A stretch of 64,000 nt of DNA from Protoeuglena noctilucae (lineage: Eukaryota). The DNA lies in the NCBI GenBank assembly GCA_958009085.1, contig OY253668.1:496001-560000 (forward strand). Reading direction: 5' to 3'. A program made the position numbers and the translations under genes. Positions 49,328 to 62,063 of the stretch are shown one piece after another. The notes under the pieces are model-generated. The model was not told the DNA's origin. It saw nothing but the letters and a program-made list of their open reading frames with translations, and did not search any database. Numbering within the stretch: position 1 is the stretch's first letter; each line of letters begins with the position of its first letter.

Positions 49328-51543
49328 TCATGCGGCGTTGCGGCGCCTCAGCCCAGCCTTGATGTCCTGGACCCTCCGCTGCAGACCCAACTCCACCTCG
49401 ATCGCCTGCCGCCTGCGAACACCACAGAGAGCGTGAATTTCCCCGCGCCGCACGATGGGCCAGGTACCAAAGGCCCGCACCCCATCTCTGCCACCCGCGC
49501 CAGTCACGACACGCCACACCGTCATGTGACGCTCACCTGAGGTTGGCAGTGGTCTTGGCCTCCCTCGCCAACCGCACGAAGCTGATGCTCGTCAGGGGAC
49601 GGTCCGCTCCCCCAGCCCGGACGCTCGCCGCCACCTTCGCCACGTGGGCCTCCAGCTCTGCCTGGAAGAGGCGGAAGCGACTACGCGCCCACGGCTCCCT
49701 GTCGATCGGCACGTTCCGGCGCAGCGGGATGGCCGCCGTGCCCCGTGGAGGACTGCCCACCCACCACCCGGACTCCGGCGCACCCCCGGCAGCGCGAGCT
49801 GCGCCGTCGCGGCCCTCCGCGTTGGCAGGGCCCGCGCTGTGGGACCGGTCTCTGGACAGGTCATCTGGGGGGCCCGCAGCCTCTGCCTCGACCGCCGCTC
49901 GGGCGTGCGCCGCCCCGTCTGCCGCCGCCAGCATCGGGAAGACGGCGTTGGGCCGCGCGCCCGGGACACCAGGGGAGGCGCCCGTGTTGATCTCCGATGC
50001 CCACCCGCGCACGCGGCCCGAGCGGCCACCCTGGCGCCGGTACGAGCGCCTCGCCGCGCTGGGGCCGTCGTCGTTCCTCGGAGACGCCGCGCCCATGGGC
50101 AGCGGGGCCACGTCCGCATCTGGCGCGGACACTGGCAGTGCCACGCTGGCGGAGCTGACCTCTGCGGCGAGGATTTCGAGCTCCATGGCCTGGTGCGACG
50201 ACCTCGGGCGCTTGGAGTGGGAGTTGGCGGACTTGGTGGGGACCCCGCCACGGGGCACCACGCGCGTGAAGGCCATGTCACTGCGAGCAGGCCGACGAGG
50301 ATGCGAGAGGGATGGGTCATGACGGAAGGGTCATGAGGGTGGGCCACGAATCCCACCGGAGTACGTGGACGGGACAGGAAATGATAGGCTAGGGCGAGCG
50401 GGTGATGTATTAAAGCACGCCCCGCACCTCTCGCGCTCCTCAACATCGCCCTCCAGGGCCCTTGCAGACGCATCTGGCAAAGGGCTGTCCACGGAGCTGG
50501 CGCGATAGACGGGGACGGGGCTGGGCGTGAAGGCGGGGTCGGCCGGGCCCGGGGGGCCGGGCGGGGTAGCGGGGCTCGCCAGCGTGGCCGCCAGGCGCCG
50601 TGCATGCAGCAGGATCTTCTTGCGACGGCCAGGTTTCACCGCGACGCCAGCAAACTTCTCAATCTCGTCAAAGTCCTTGTCCTCGATCGCCGACAGCACG
50701 TCCTTCTCCTCAAAGCCCGCCCTGCAGGGACGAGGCAGGTGCTGCTCGGCAGCTGGTGTGGAAGGGCAAGCGCCGAGCTGGCGCATCTGAGAACCGAACT
50801 CTTGCCTGACGAACGCGGATGCGTACGCGCCCATGCCGATCTCCGTCAGCCAGTTGAACGCAAAGGACGTCTCGTGCCTGGCACCGCTGGGGCTGGACGG
50901 CTCCGCTGGTGCCGTGCCACGCTCGGGGATCGACATGTCCCTGCGATCCACGGAGGGAGGAGAGGGTGGCGAGAACGAGGAGACGCGATCAGGGATGCGG
51001 CCGGGACATGCGTGGTGGGGTCTGTCACCTGGACTGGCGGGGAACGTGGGCCTGGGTCGGTCCCGACGCCCCAGCGCCCGCTCCCGCTTCGCTCCTCCTC
51101 CGCGGCCCCTCTGCCGCGGCAGGGGGTCCTTGCCGGTCTCGGCCGTCGGAGAGCTGCGTCGTCAATGTCTCCTCCGCAACAACTTTGCGAGAAGACGCTC
51201 GGTCAGGCTCCGGCGGAGAGGCTCCCTGGGCCGACGTGCGCGGTGCCCCCGGTACCTCGCCGGAATCCACCCCGACCGCGGCGACATGTTCTCCGGATGC
51301 CGAAGGCCGCTTGGTGTGTCTCTCGGGAGGCGAGGCGGGCCGCTGGGCTGCAGAAGAGGGGCGTTCAGAGGTCGTCCCGGTCGCCCCAGGCGGGGGACGT
51401 GGAGAAACGCTCTGCGGGCCTGCCTCCGGGACGCGCGTCGACGTTGGTAGCGCTGCGGGCGTTCCGGGTCCTGCCGACGCGCCATCAGCTTTACTGGAGC
51501 CCGCCTTCGGGGACTTCGCGGCTTTAGAGGGCTTGCAGCCCAT
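49328..51543 (-). CDS. SAM-domain protein with predicted N-myristoylation/palmitoylation (MGC)
   Basis: Starts MGCKPSK. SAM: AFNWLTEIGMGAYASAFVR|AGFEEKDVLSAIEDKDFDEIEKFAGVAVKPGRRKKILLHARRL. The C-terminal exon ends at TGA 49328. Confidence 0.65.
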
Positions 51544-52027
51544 CTGCGCGGGCTTGGGATGAAATGTAAGCACCGTACAGGCAGCGTCTTGGATAGTCAC
51601 AGCTGTATGCGGCGATATCTTGCAGCTCTGCTCGCATTTTCCAGCTCAATTTACTGTCATCACCTTCCCAGGCTTCAGCGGCCAAAATCCAGGGACTAGT
51701 TGACCGCGTCTCGCACGTCCGCATATGTTGCATCCAGAGCCGCGTTGGGACGCGGTCTGGCGCGCCCCCAACCCCACCCCGCATCAAAACGTACACTTCC
51801 TGCGTGCCAGAAGAGCGTGAAGAGAAACGTCAGCCACTGGGGCAGCCAAAGCGCTGAGCATCGCGGGCTTTGTGTCATTCGGGACTCCCTTCCAGCTCTC
51901 GCGTGCTTTGGCCACGGTTGCAGTGGTAGCCATCGCATCCATCGGACCCAGCCCTTCACAGCGTACGGGCGAAGGGAATCTTGCGGCCACCGTACTTGAA
52001 CGAGCGCACTTTGAAAGCCCAGCAAGG

Positions 52028-55000
52028 ATGGATCACTTGCGGATGCTCTTCTCCTCGCGCCAGGAAGGGGAGGGGCACGCGGAGAAGGAGGGCGGCCACG
52101 GCGGCGATTTCATTCAGTTGCTGAAGAGCGTAAGCGCGAAGGTGAGTGGGAGCGGTGACATGGGGTGGAGCCTGGAGGGGGGATGAGCCCAGCAAGAGGG
52201 CGGGAGCACAGTGCAAAGCAAGCCACGGTCCTAGCCGCCGCCGTGGCCTTCCCGCGGTAGTCTCTCGTGCCATCGTAAGCGATCTCCTTGTCACCACACG
52301 TCGGGTCACGCGGCCGCGCAGATCGACCTCGACAAATGTCACTGTGCTTCATTTCTCTCCAGGAAGCCTACGGGCCCCTTGGCGCCCCGCATAGAGGCTT
52401 CCCACTCCGCATGAGCCAGCAACGCTCTCTTCTGTGCCTTCTGAGCGCTTTCATGCATCTCCCGTGCAGACTCGGGACGTGGATGCGGCAGTCACTGGGC
52501 ACAAGAATGCCGTGGGCGTGGCGTTGGCTCGCGGGAAGGACCACGTCCTCAACGTGGACGATCGCGGGCGGTCCAAGCCACCGCAGCTGTTCGTCTCTCC
52601 AGGTCCGCACAGCCTGAGCCATCACACGCGCCTCGCTACCCCACCCTCGCCTGATCGCCCCCGCGCCTGTCCAGCGACGCGATGCGGCCCCGCTGCCTCC
52701 TCCGCAGTCACCAAAGTGAAGATTGAGCCGGGCGTCGCGGTGTCGCAAACGATCGCGGTGTCGGAGGACTTCATCGCCTACGCTCTAAAGAACGGGTCGG
52801 TGCGGGTGCTGATGCGCGACCCGGCAGCCACGGGCAAGGCTCTCATCAAGGGCGATGCGCCCGTGGCAGACATGTGTTTCTCCTGCACCGGCCGCCGGGT
52901 CATCCTGGCGAGCCAGGACGGCAAGGTCTCCCTGCACGACGTGCGACTCGTGGGTGCCGACCTGGAGGCGAACGAGGCAGCGTCCGTCGCCCCCGGCGCG
53001 TGGGCGTCGGAGGTCCATCCCGCGCAGGCCCACCCGCAGTCGCAGCCCATGGCCACCCCGCGCGTCGCGGCGCACCCGACCGACCCGTCCGTCTTCGCGG
53101 CTGCGTGGGGCAAGCACGTCGCACTGCTCGACACGGACGGCAACGTCCCGAGCGTGAGCGCTACCGGCGATCGCCGGCTTGCACGCGATCCTCTGCGGCC
53201 GTCCTTTTTTTAATGTCACCACCTATGCCGCTTGTGCTTTTCCCTGCAGGAGGCCTCGGCTTTAGCGGCAGCGTCGTTCGACCGCCCAATCGTCTCTCTC
53301 GCCTTTAGCCCCTGCGGCACGATGCTCGCGGTGGGCGAGGTCGGCGGGCTCGTGCATGTCCTGGAGTCGTCAGGCCGCGTGCGCCTGTGCAGCATCGATG
53401 CATCGCACCACGGTCCGCTCGGTTGGATTGCATGGCTGCCGTCCGAGCGCCCGGGAGGGGTGCTGGCCGTCGGATGCGACGCAAACAGGCGAGGGTCGGA
53501 TGCGACTGGGTCGAATTGCTTCATTGGCCTGGGCCCATGGTTGACCGAGATGCATGGCACTGTCAAGGCCAGCGCCCTCTTCGTTTCGTTCCCCACCACT
53601 GCGCAATGCCCCTGCTAATGATGCCCTGGCCTGCTTGGGCCCCTCTGTCACCATTGCATGCGTTGGTTCCCAGCCCCGGCCGCCCCCCGTCTGATTCGCA
53701 GGATCTTGACGCTGTGGGAGCCCATGCTGAGGCAGCGCGAGGGCAAGTGCGTCCAGGTGCTGACGCTGGAGACCTTGGGCGGCCACTCAAACCGCGAGCG
53801 GTTCGCCAACACGGCTTCCCTGGTCCCCTCCCACTCCCTCATCGTCCTCGCCAACGCCCTCCCCTCGTCGCCCCCCGGACCCGGACCCTGCAGCGTGTGG
53901 GCTGTGCGCTACCGCACCTCGTCCGACGCAACAGGCGACGCGGTGGAACTCCAGGCCGTGGCGGAGTTCCAGGTCGCGCAGCCCATCCTGTCCGTCGCCG
54001 CGGCGCCGGGATCCGACAACCCCGCGGAGCTCTTCGCGGTGCAGCCCATCGGCATTCAGAGGCACATGCTCGACGCGCTCATGTGCGCCCCGGCACGGGT
54101 GAGCGCGTATCCTGGCGCCCGCGGCGGGGCGTCAGAGGTTCTCCGCACGGCGCTGGGCCGTGTGATAAGGCCCTCGATTGTAGAAGCAGCGTTTGTCGAA
54201 GATCGATACCTCCGTGCGTCCAGGACCCCGAGGCGGACGCGGACGGGGGCAGGGCTGGGACAGCCATGAGCGGTGCGCATGGGAGAGACCTGACCTCGCA
54301 GGGAGAGTCGGATTCGCGCGACAGCACCCGCGTCATCACGGCGCCGATCGTGCAGGCCCCGCACCACGACCAGCCTGTCAGCCCCATCATGCCCGGCCCG
54401 GGCGCCGGCAGGTGAGGGCGACGGGGGTGCTTTCTTACAAGCGTGGCTTGCACGGTGACCGCTGCACGTAAGCATGGAGCGCACGTCGTCTCCCTCGCAG
54501 CGTGGCGGGCGCGGAGGCCAAGGGCGGCACCCCAGCTGCTGCCGCCAAGACCCCGCAGGCCCCACCGGCCGCAAGCGTGGGCGGGGCTCCCAAAGCAAAG
54601 ACCCCGCCTCCCGCCGCGTCGGCTTCCGCCCAGAATTCGGCCCGAGGTGAAACTTCAGCGCATTGATATGCAGATTGCCTCCCTTGCATGAGCAAGCACG
54701 GCAGGCCAAATCGCGCTGCTGCCCTTCTATGACCCCCATGTGTCTGCCCGCACAGCCAGGTCGTTGCCGGCATGCAGCACACCCGCGGCTGCGAGATCAT
54801 GCTCTGCTTTGCTCCCTGCAGTGGACACTACAATGCCGTCGGTGCTGAGTCCCAAGGACCCGGTCTTGCACCGTCCGCCTTCGAGCCGTGACCTAGGTTT
54901 CGACGCGGCCATCGCGCGGCGGTCGCAGACGCCGGACGGCATGGGGGGTTCCGGGCACGTCCGGGAGTCGCTGGAATCGGTGCAGGCGACCCTGGGGCGT

Positions 55001-56467
55001 TTGGAGGGCACGGTGGCTGCCTTGGCGGCACGGGTCGAGCGTCACGAGGCGGAGCAGCGCGTCGCGACGGAGGGGGCGCGCGCGGACATGGTCAAGCTGG
55101 TGGAGGTGCGCGTTGGGCCGTATGGCTGACCGAGCACTTGCTTGCTCATACACGGAGCCCGTGTGACGGTTGATGGCTGGACGTGCCCCTTTGCAGATGA
55201 TCACGAGCACGCTCATGCGCGACGTGCCCATCGACATCGCGAACGCCGTGCACTCGTCGCTGGAGGGGAGCGGGCTGCTGGACAGAGGCAAAGGGGGCGA
55301 GAACGGCGGCGGTGCGTCGACGGGGGGCGTCACCCCGGACGCTGTGGCACAGGCCGTGCTGAGGAGCCTGGGGGTGGAGTTGTCCAAGCCGGGGGCGCTG
55401 AGGAACGCCGTGAGGGACCAGATCGCGGACATCGTCTTGCCGACCGTCGAGGCGAGTAGCGCTTACACGGCGCATGACGCATGGCGGTGGGGTTCCCACG
55501 CACTCAGACATGCGTTTCACAAATGCACTCTACCATCTCTTACAATCGCAGGCAGCGGCGCGGGACATGCTGGGTCAGGTGCAGGAGGCCGTGTCGCAGG
55601 GCCTGGCGGCCATCGCCCATTCAGTGACCACCGCCATGTCAGCTGTGCAGGCGGTCGCGTCGGCACAGGAAGCCGCAGCGCAGAAGCTCGCGGCTGCGGC
55701 GCAGGCGGCGGCTGCGGGAGAGGCCAAAGGCCCGGCCAAGGCCGCCAAGCCGAAGAAGCCCACCCCTGAGGCCCGGGTGGCGCAGCTGGTGGAGGAAGGG
55801 GACCATGCGGGGGCGCTGCAGCTGGCCATCAGCCCGGAGGTGACTGCTAAGCATAGAGTGACTCGTTGAGTTGAGAGCACAGCATGTTTTCTCGACCGTG
55901 CTCGGAGCATGGCCGACGCAGGAGCGTGATTGCTTGTGACCGAGGCGCGACACCCGGTTGCGTCTCTGCTTGTTCGCGCAGGTCCGTGCGAAGAAGCCCG
56001 GCCTGGCCATGGACGTCGTGAAGAGCGCGGCGGCCGCGAGGGTGGGCGAGGACGCCCTGGTGTCAAACTTCTCCGGCTCTGAGCTCGTCGAACTCATCGT
56101 GCACCTGGGCTCGACGCTGGGGGACGACACGGGCGTGCGGGCCTCCGTGATGCGGTGCGTGCGACGTGACGTGTGACATGCGATGTGTGGCGTCGTAGGG
56201 ACCGCTGCGTGTGGTGCGATCTACGCTGCCCGGCACGCGCATCGGTCGTGAACATGCCATGACGGAGGTTGCCTGGCTGCCTGCAGGGAGGCAGCCAATT
56301 GCCTGGCGGAGGACAAGGTCGGGGAGCTGGGTTCTGAGCATAAGGCCGCATTGACGGGGGTCCGTGACGGCATCAAGGAGATGCAGGGCAAGGTGGCGGG
56401 GGACGAGTCGCAGAACCTGCGACTTTTGGGGAATATGCTTAACCTGACCATCCGGGGCATCAACTAG
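52028..56467 (+). CDS. VCS: Enhancer of mRNA decapping 4 / VARICOSE (WD40 propeller, coiled coil, C-terminal domain)
   Basis: PPQLFVSP|VTK..TIAVSEDFIAYALKNGSVRVL..KALIKG..VADMCF..LASQDGKV; VAAHPTD; SLAFSPCGTMLAVG; IVLAN; AEFQVAQPILS; LFAVQPIGIQ; C-terminal LIVHLGSTLGDD..WL. Ends with TAG. Confidence 0.8.
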
Positions 56468-56627
56468 CGCAGTGTTTAGGTGTCCGCTGTGTCGCTTGTC
56501 TGCCCGCTGTGTCGCTGTCAGGCGTCTCGACTGCTTGACGTGGGTGGATGCCCCCTGGGTGAGGTGTGACGTCGCACGGCGAGATTAAAAGACTCCGTCG
56601 CTGTGGATATCCCGACAAAACGCGGCG

Positions 56628-57768
56628 CTACCCGCTGAGCGCGACGCGGCCCCGCAAGCTCCGGCGGGGCGCGCTGGTGGGCCCGCGCATGTGCAGGCGT
56701 GCGCACAGGGCAAAGTCCGGGCGCCAGTGCTTTTCTGGGAAGCCCCCCACGTCTGGATGGAGCAGATCGTCCTTCCGCACGGCCAGGCCCCCGCTCAGAG
56801 ACGCGAGACGCATGCCGCGGGCAAAGGCACGAGGCATGGCCGCCATCAGCGCCACCTGCCAGGGCAGAGCCGTGCCTGGCCCTGCGACCACCGCCCCGGG
56901 CGCATCGAGCATCGCCGCCGCGACTGGCATGGTGCGTGGATCGAGGCCCGGCCCTGCTGTCACGAAGAAGAGGACCGACCCCTTGCAATCCTTCGCGGCG
57001 TCGTTCAGGGCTGCCCCCAGCGATGGCTTCCCTGCAGGCACGCAGACACGGCACGAGATGGGACTTCCGTGTCATCACCTAGGAGTCTGCATGAACTCAG
57101 CCAGACTCCTGCGGCTCGCAACGAAACCACAAAGCCTGCGTGCGGTCACCTGCACGGTGGATGCGGGCCCCGAACTTCATCAGCGAGGCGTCGTGCACGC
57201 TGGGAGCCTCCTGACTCAGCACCACGACCGAGTCTCGCACCCCAGGTATCGTCCTGGGCCTTAGCCTAGTCAGGGCCTCCAACGCAGCGGCCGGGTCATC
57301 CAACGCCACGACCTGGTGGGCAGCAAAACGACGCAGGCGTGCCAAGTCAGCCTCAAGATGACATGTCATGGGATGTGGCTAAACACGCGCAGAGCGACTC
57401 ACGATCACCGACGTCCATGGAGCCGCCCCTCCTTCGCCCCGCTTCATTGCTGCTGCCACAGCTGCGTCCTGCGCCGCCTCCTTGCGGCCGCACGCGACCG
57501 AGGCGGGCCAAAACACCACCAAATAGAAGATGGCGAGGACCGTCAAGGGACTCACGCCCTTCCAGCCGCCCCTACCTCCGTCCCCGCCCCCATCTCCGTC
57601 GCCCCCGCTGCCGCCCCCGTCGCCACCCGCCCTGCGAGGTGGCTCCGCGCCTCCTCCACCGTTCCACGGCTCGACAGTGTCCGTCCCCCGGCCCGTAAGC
57701 TTCCCGTGCACAAGTGTTCCGCGTCTTAATGGCAAGGCCGCGCGGACGGGCCTGAAAGGAGTTGTCAA
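56628..57768 (-). CDS. Divergent GT2 (GT-A fold) glycosyltransferase-like protein with Gly-rich linker and TM; 5' end uncertain
   Basis: GGDGGG linker plus TM (LTVLAIFYLVVFW), WTSVI|VVALDD..ALEAL, GAALNDAAKDCKGSVLFFV and AVRKDDL..VGGFPE..DFALCARL. Confidence 0.5.
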
Positions 57769-58707
57769 GAGTTTGCGTCGGGCAGGTACGCCTGTGCGCG
57801 CAAGGGAGGGGAATTCATTCGGATATAAAGCTCGATTCAGCCTGCTGTAATTTCATTCATGTTGCTCGGCTGCCCCTGGCGCTTGCCGTGCGTCCTGGCC
57901 AGCGCGGCGTCCATGGGCACCGTATGGATCGACGCAGGCACGTGCCCTGCCAGCCGCGACGCGGCGGACTTCTATCCGGGGTTGCTAGGGTACAGGGAGC
58001 CGCCACTGTGCGTGTACTCACGGCAACAGACGCCGCCGGCCACGGATGGGCTCCGGGCTGCGCACATGGAACTGGCGGGGCTGATGCCAGGAGTCCTCCC
58101 GTTTCAGTGACCGCGGGCTTATTGCGCGTTGTCTTCCTGCTCGTGCGTGGAGAAGGCGATGCGTTTCCGTGCACTCGACGCATGCGGGAATACACACGAA
58201 CCGCATGGAGTAAAAAGTAATGTTCCTGTCTACATAGACCAAGCGCGGCTAACCCACTGCTGCCATCTATTTCTGACCTTCCCGTGAGTGCTGCCGCCTG
58301 CTTTGCCGGTCTCCGGGAGCCTGGCCCGAAAGCTATCGTCCCTACATGCCGGGCATCGTTCGGGGGCCTCCCCGGCGAGCAGACGCGCTCAGCTCGCATC
58401 TGACATTGTTTTGCGGAGCTGAAGCGACACAGGTATCCAAAAATGCGCTCGACTTGCCCCAGTTCTGCCTCTCGCCCCAGGTTTGGGGTATCAGCAGGGA
58501 ACGCGAGGATCGGCGGAGCCCCCGCCTGCTAGCGGCGCAGAGGCGCCGGTGCCAATCATGGACATCATGGTGCATATATGCGTCGCAAGCCGCCTGCCCT
58601 GGCGGGGAGCGTGCGGGCGGTTTGGCCTTCGTCGCGCAGTTGTCAATGCTTTCTGCTCGCGTATGCCGCAGGGGTCGGACTTTGGCACTGAGAACCCGCA
58701 TCGTAAG

Positions 58708-61700
58708 ATGGAGGATGCGCTGGCGGAGGCGCGCAACATGCCTCTGATCGAGCCCAAGCTCCTGCACACCGTGGTGGAGAAGTACGAGGGCGAGAGCAAA
58801 GACAACGGCCTCCCGCACGGCCAGGGGACCGCGTATCTGCGTGCCGGACACAAATATATCGGCTCGTTCTTCATGGGATACATGCACGGGTAAGCTGCAG
58901 CTCCCGTGTACCCCGTTTGCCTCTCAACGTGCACCAGCGACTGGAGGCGAACGGTACGTGAAGGCATCGCGTCCCGCTGGCCCCCTTCGCAGGTTTGGGC
59001 GGTACGAATGGACGGACGGCCTCCTCTACGAGGGCGAGATGCAGTGGGGCACGATCAACGGGGTCGGGAGCTACACGTGGCCCAACGGCACGACCCACAC
59101 CGGGGAGCTCCAGGACGGCAAGTGTCACGGGCAGGGCCAGCAGACCATGCACGACGCGACGGCCATCTACGACGGGGAGTGGGCCGGGGGCGTGCGGCAC
59201 GGGCGGGGCACCCTGATCTTTCTGGGCAAGGGCGGGTGCCAGTACACAGGGGAGTGGGAGGGGGACGCGAAGAGCGGCCACGGGACGGTGGTGTACGCGA
59301 ACGGGGACCGGTACGAGGGCGAGTGGCGGGACGACCGCAAGTGCGGCCAGGGCCTCATGGTCTGGGCCGACACGGCCGAGGAGTACCGGGGGTCGTGGCG
59401 GGACGACCTTCCGGACGGCCTGGGGGAGTACGTGTGGTGGCTGCGGGTGCCCCGCGGCAAAATTCGGTCGTCCCAGGTGCAGCAGTGCAATCGGTACCTG
59501 GGGGACTTCTGCCGGGGCCAGCGCCACGGCTACGGTCGATTCTTCTACGCCAACGGGGCTTACTACGAGGGGCAGTGGGAGGGCAACGTGCGTCACGGAC
59601 GCGGGGTGTTTGTGTTTGAGGACGGCACGGTCGTTGACAGCAGCTGGGCCGGAGGGAAGCCCGAGGTGAGGGGCATGCGGGGCCAAGACCGGAGTGTCGC
59701 ATCGCTATGTGCGACGGGATGTGTGGAACCCCCAGCTGCGTCTGGCTCTCCTCGCAGGTGCCCCTTCACGAAGTCCGCCCCCGCTCGAGCGACCCCAAGG
59801 TGGCCATCGACGACCTGCTGCTCGAGTGTGCGAACGAGGACCCCACGCAAGCACGCAAGTCGGTGGGGGCCGTGCTCCTCCGCTTCACCTCGGAGCTCCG
59901 GCAAATCTACAACGCCTACTCGGCGCTGCCCATCCCCGGGTTCGTCGAGGCCCACGAGCTGGGCCTGGTCCCGGGATCGCCGGACGCGGGGGCGTACGAG
60001 CCCGAGGGAGCGGAGGAGGGGTACGACGAGGGAGGTTTTGAGGGTCAGGAGCGGACGCTGGACGCAGGGAGGGGAGGGGCGTTTGAGCCCAGGAACCCGG
60101 ACCCCAACAAGCCCAACGAGGTAACTGCAACATTGCAAGACTGTGGCTCCGCATGTCGCGAGTGTGCGGGTGCGTCAGATGGGTCTGGCGGGGTGGAAAG
60201 AGGCTCGCATGGGACGGTGGCGATGTCTATGCAGAAGGAAGCACAAAAGAGACACCATGACTGGCGCTTTCCGGCTGCAAGGGTGTGACCGCGCTTCTGA
60301 TCAACCTCGGTTGCTTTGTGCCTCCCCCTCAGGCTGTATGGTACAGCGGTCGCCCGTCCTTCCAGCTCCTGCTGTGCCAACTCCACCGCATGCTTCAGGA
60401 CTGCGCCATCCCCAACCGCGTGCTTCCCCTGGCCGCCATCGACGTCCTCGTGGCCAAGACACGAAGGGAGCACCCGGCCATCCTGAAACTCAGGCGAGGC
60501 AGAGCTGCGGTAGACAGACGCATGCGTTGGGGTTGAAATCATGTCGGAGGCGGCGCTGTCAGGCTTCTGCCCTATCCAGGCATCCGATCCACCGGGAGTG
60601 TTCTGGGAGTAACATGTTGTGCCTTTCGCCATGGAATGTTTGCAGGGAGGAGATGAGGGCCACGGGCGTGGCGTCTGTGCCGGATCCGCTGGACATCCTG
60701 GAGGACCTCCACTCCCCCGCCCTCGAGCTCTCTTTCCGGGCGTTCTGCGAGCTGGTGGTGCGGGTGGCGGCGGCGCAGAACCACCACATGCGCACGCTGG
60801 AGCGCCGCGTGCACGCCCTCATCACGCAGCACATCATCCCCGCCCTCGAGGCGTCGGGCGGCGTGCCGGCCAGGCACCCCTCCCGCGCCCGCATCGACGC
60901 CCCCGCGATGCTCGACGCCGTCTCGCAGCTCGGCGACCATCTCTTCGACCTCTTCGAACATATCAAGGCCAACCGATACGACGCCCTCCCCAGGGTCAGT
61001 GCTGATGATGCTGGTAGTGATATCGCATACGATGTGCTCATGGGGCCAGCACTCTCGCTGCGCCGCGGTGCAAGCAGCCCTGACAAGCCCGCCCTCCGCC
61101 CCTGTCTCCGCAGTCGCGCCCTGCCACGGCGCCAGGCGTCCCAGGCCACACGGCCCCCGGCACCACCGCTCCCACCGCCGGCTCAGGGGCGGAGCCCGCC
61201 GGCCCCGTCGGCGAGGAGTTCGGGAGCGTGGCGACCCTGCGTCAGTTCCTGCTGCTCCTGACGCAGCGGGGCGTCATCAAGGGCACTCCCCAATACCGGG
61301 GCGACGTCAAGGAGCCCGAGCCGCCCCAGCCGGAAGCCCCAGGTGTGCTTACACGATGCGGATGACGACGATCTGCGCTGCAGTTGCGCTGTGTTGTTGA
61401 CCAGGCGAGAAACGCCCAGTTGAGCTGACATGCGTGCGTTGCGTCTCTCCCGCAGAGCCGGAGGTGCTGAAGAACAAGGCCACGGACAAACTCAAGGAGA
61501 AGCCCATGTCCAAGGCATCGATGTCGAAGATGGGGGTGTCGCTGGCCAAGGAGAGCTCGGGGGCGTCCCGGGGAGGGGCGGAGGCAGCCCCGCCGCCGCC
61601 GCCGCCTCCGCCGCCGCCCCGGCGCAAGCAGGTGGAGGGCTGCGGGGTGACAGTACAGCAGGTGTTTGAGGTGGCGACGTCGGTGCTGTTTCCGGGTGAC

Positions 61701-62063
61701 GTCTCCCACGCGGTCGCCTTCCACGAGGACGGCTCGATGGAGGACGTGAGGGACGCGGAGGACGCCGCGGTGCTGCAGGACCTCCAGTCGCTCGACACGG
61801 AGGTGTTGTACAGCGAGTTCGTCGCCATGGTGTCCAAGCTGTCGGAGCTGGCCGTGCCCGACGAGGCCTTCGAGACGGACGCCAAGCTGCGCTCTTTCGT
61901 CATCGGGGGCCTCCTCGGGTGGCAGGACGACCCCGACTGCTCCTTCCCGCCCCACCTCCCGCTGCCGACGCCCACGGAGCACTCCATGGAAAGCCTCGCG
62001 AGCGCCAGGGTCGCGGGGCAGCACGCCAGGGGGCTCATGAGCGAGGACTCCAACATCGATTAG
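58708..62063 (+). CDS. MORN-repeat axonemal protein, radial spoke head 10 homolog B-like
   Basis: About 10 MORN repeats (YEGEW..GxRHGxG pattern, e.g. YDGEWAGGVRHGRG, YEGEWRDDRKCGQG, NRYLGDFCRGQRHGYGRFFYANGAYYEGQW). These are followed by LLRFTSELRQIYNAYS, LHRMLQDC and DLHSPALELSFRAFCELVVRVA, as in RSPH10B-type proteins. Confidence 0.75.

Noticed and set aside
12588..56467. Functional linkage of the PNRC/Edc1-like gene and VARICOSE/EDC4
   Set aside because: They are 38 kb and about 11 genes apart. There is no evidence of clustering beyond coincidence without synteny data.
7623..57768. Arabinose/glycosylation gene cluster (GHMP kinase, XEG113, PLOD-like, GT2-like)
   Set aside because: The genes are 8-18 kb apart and interspersed with unrelated housekeeping genes, which is compatible with chance.
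4067..62063. Simple genome-wide UAR=Gln (ulvophyte/ciliate-type) genetic code
   Set aside because: TAA ends the GHMP kinase, BOLA4 and ASPM. TAG ends about seven genes at plausible C-termini, and read-through of the GNAT stop would run into the convergent EXECUTER gene. One internal TAG aligns to Trp, not Gln.
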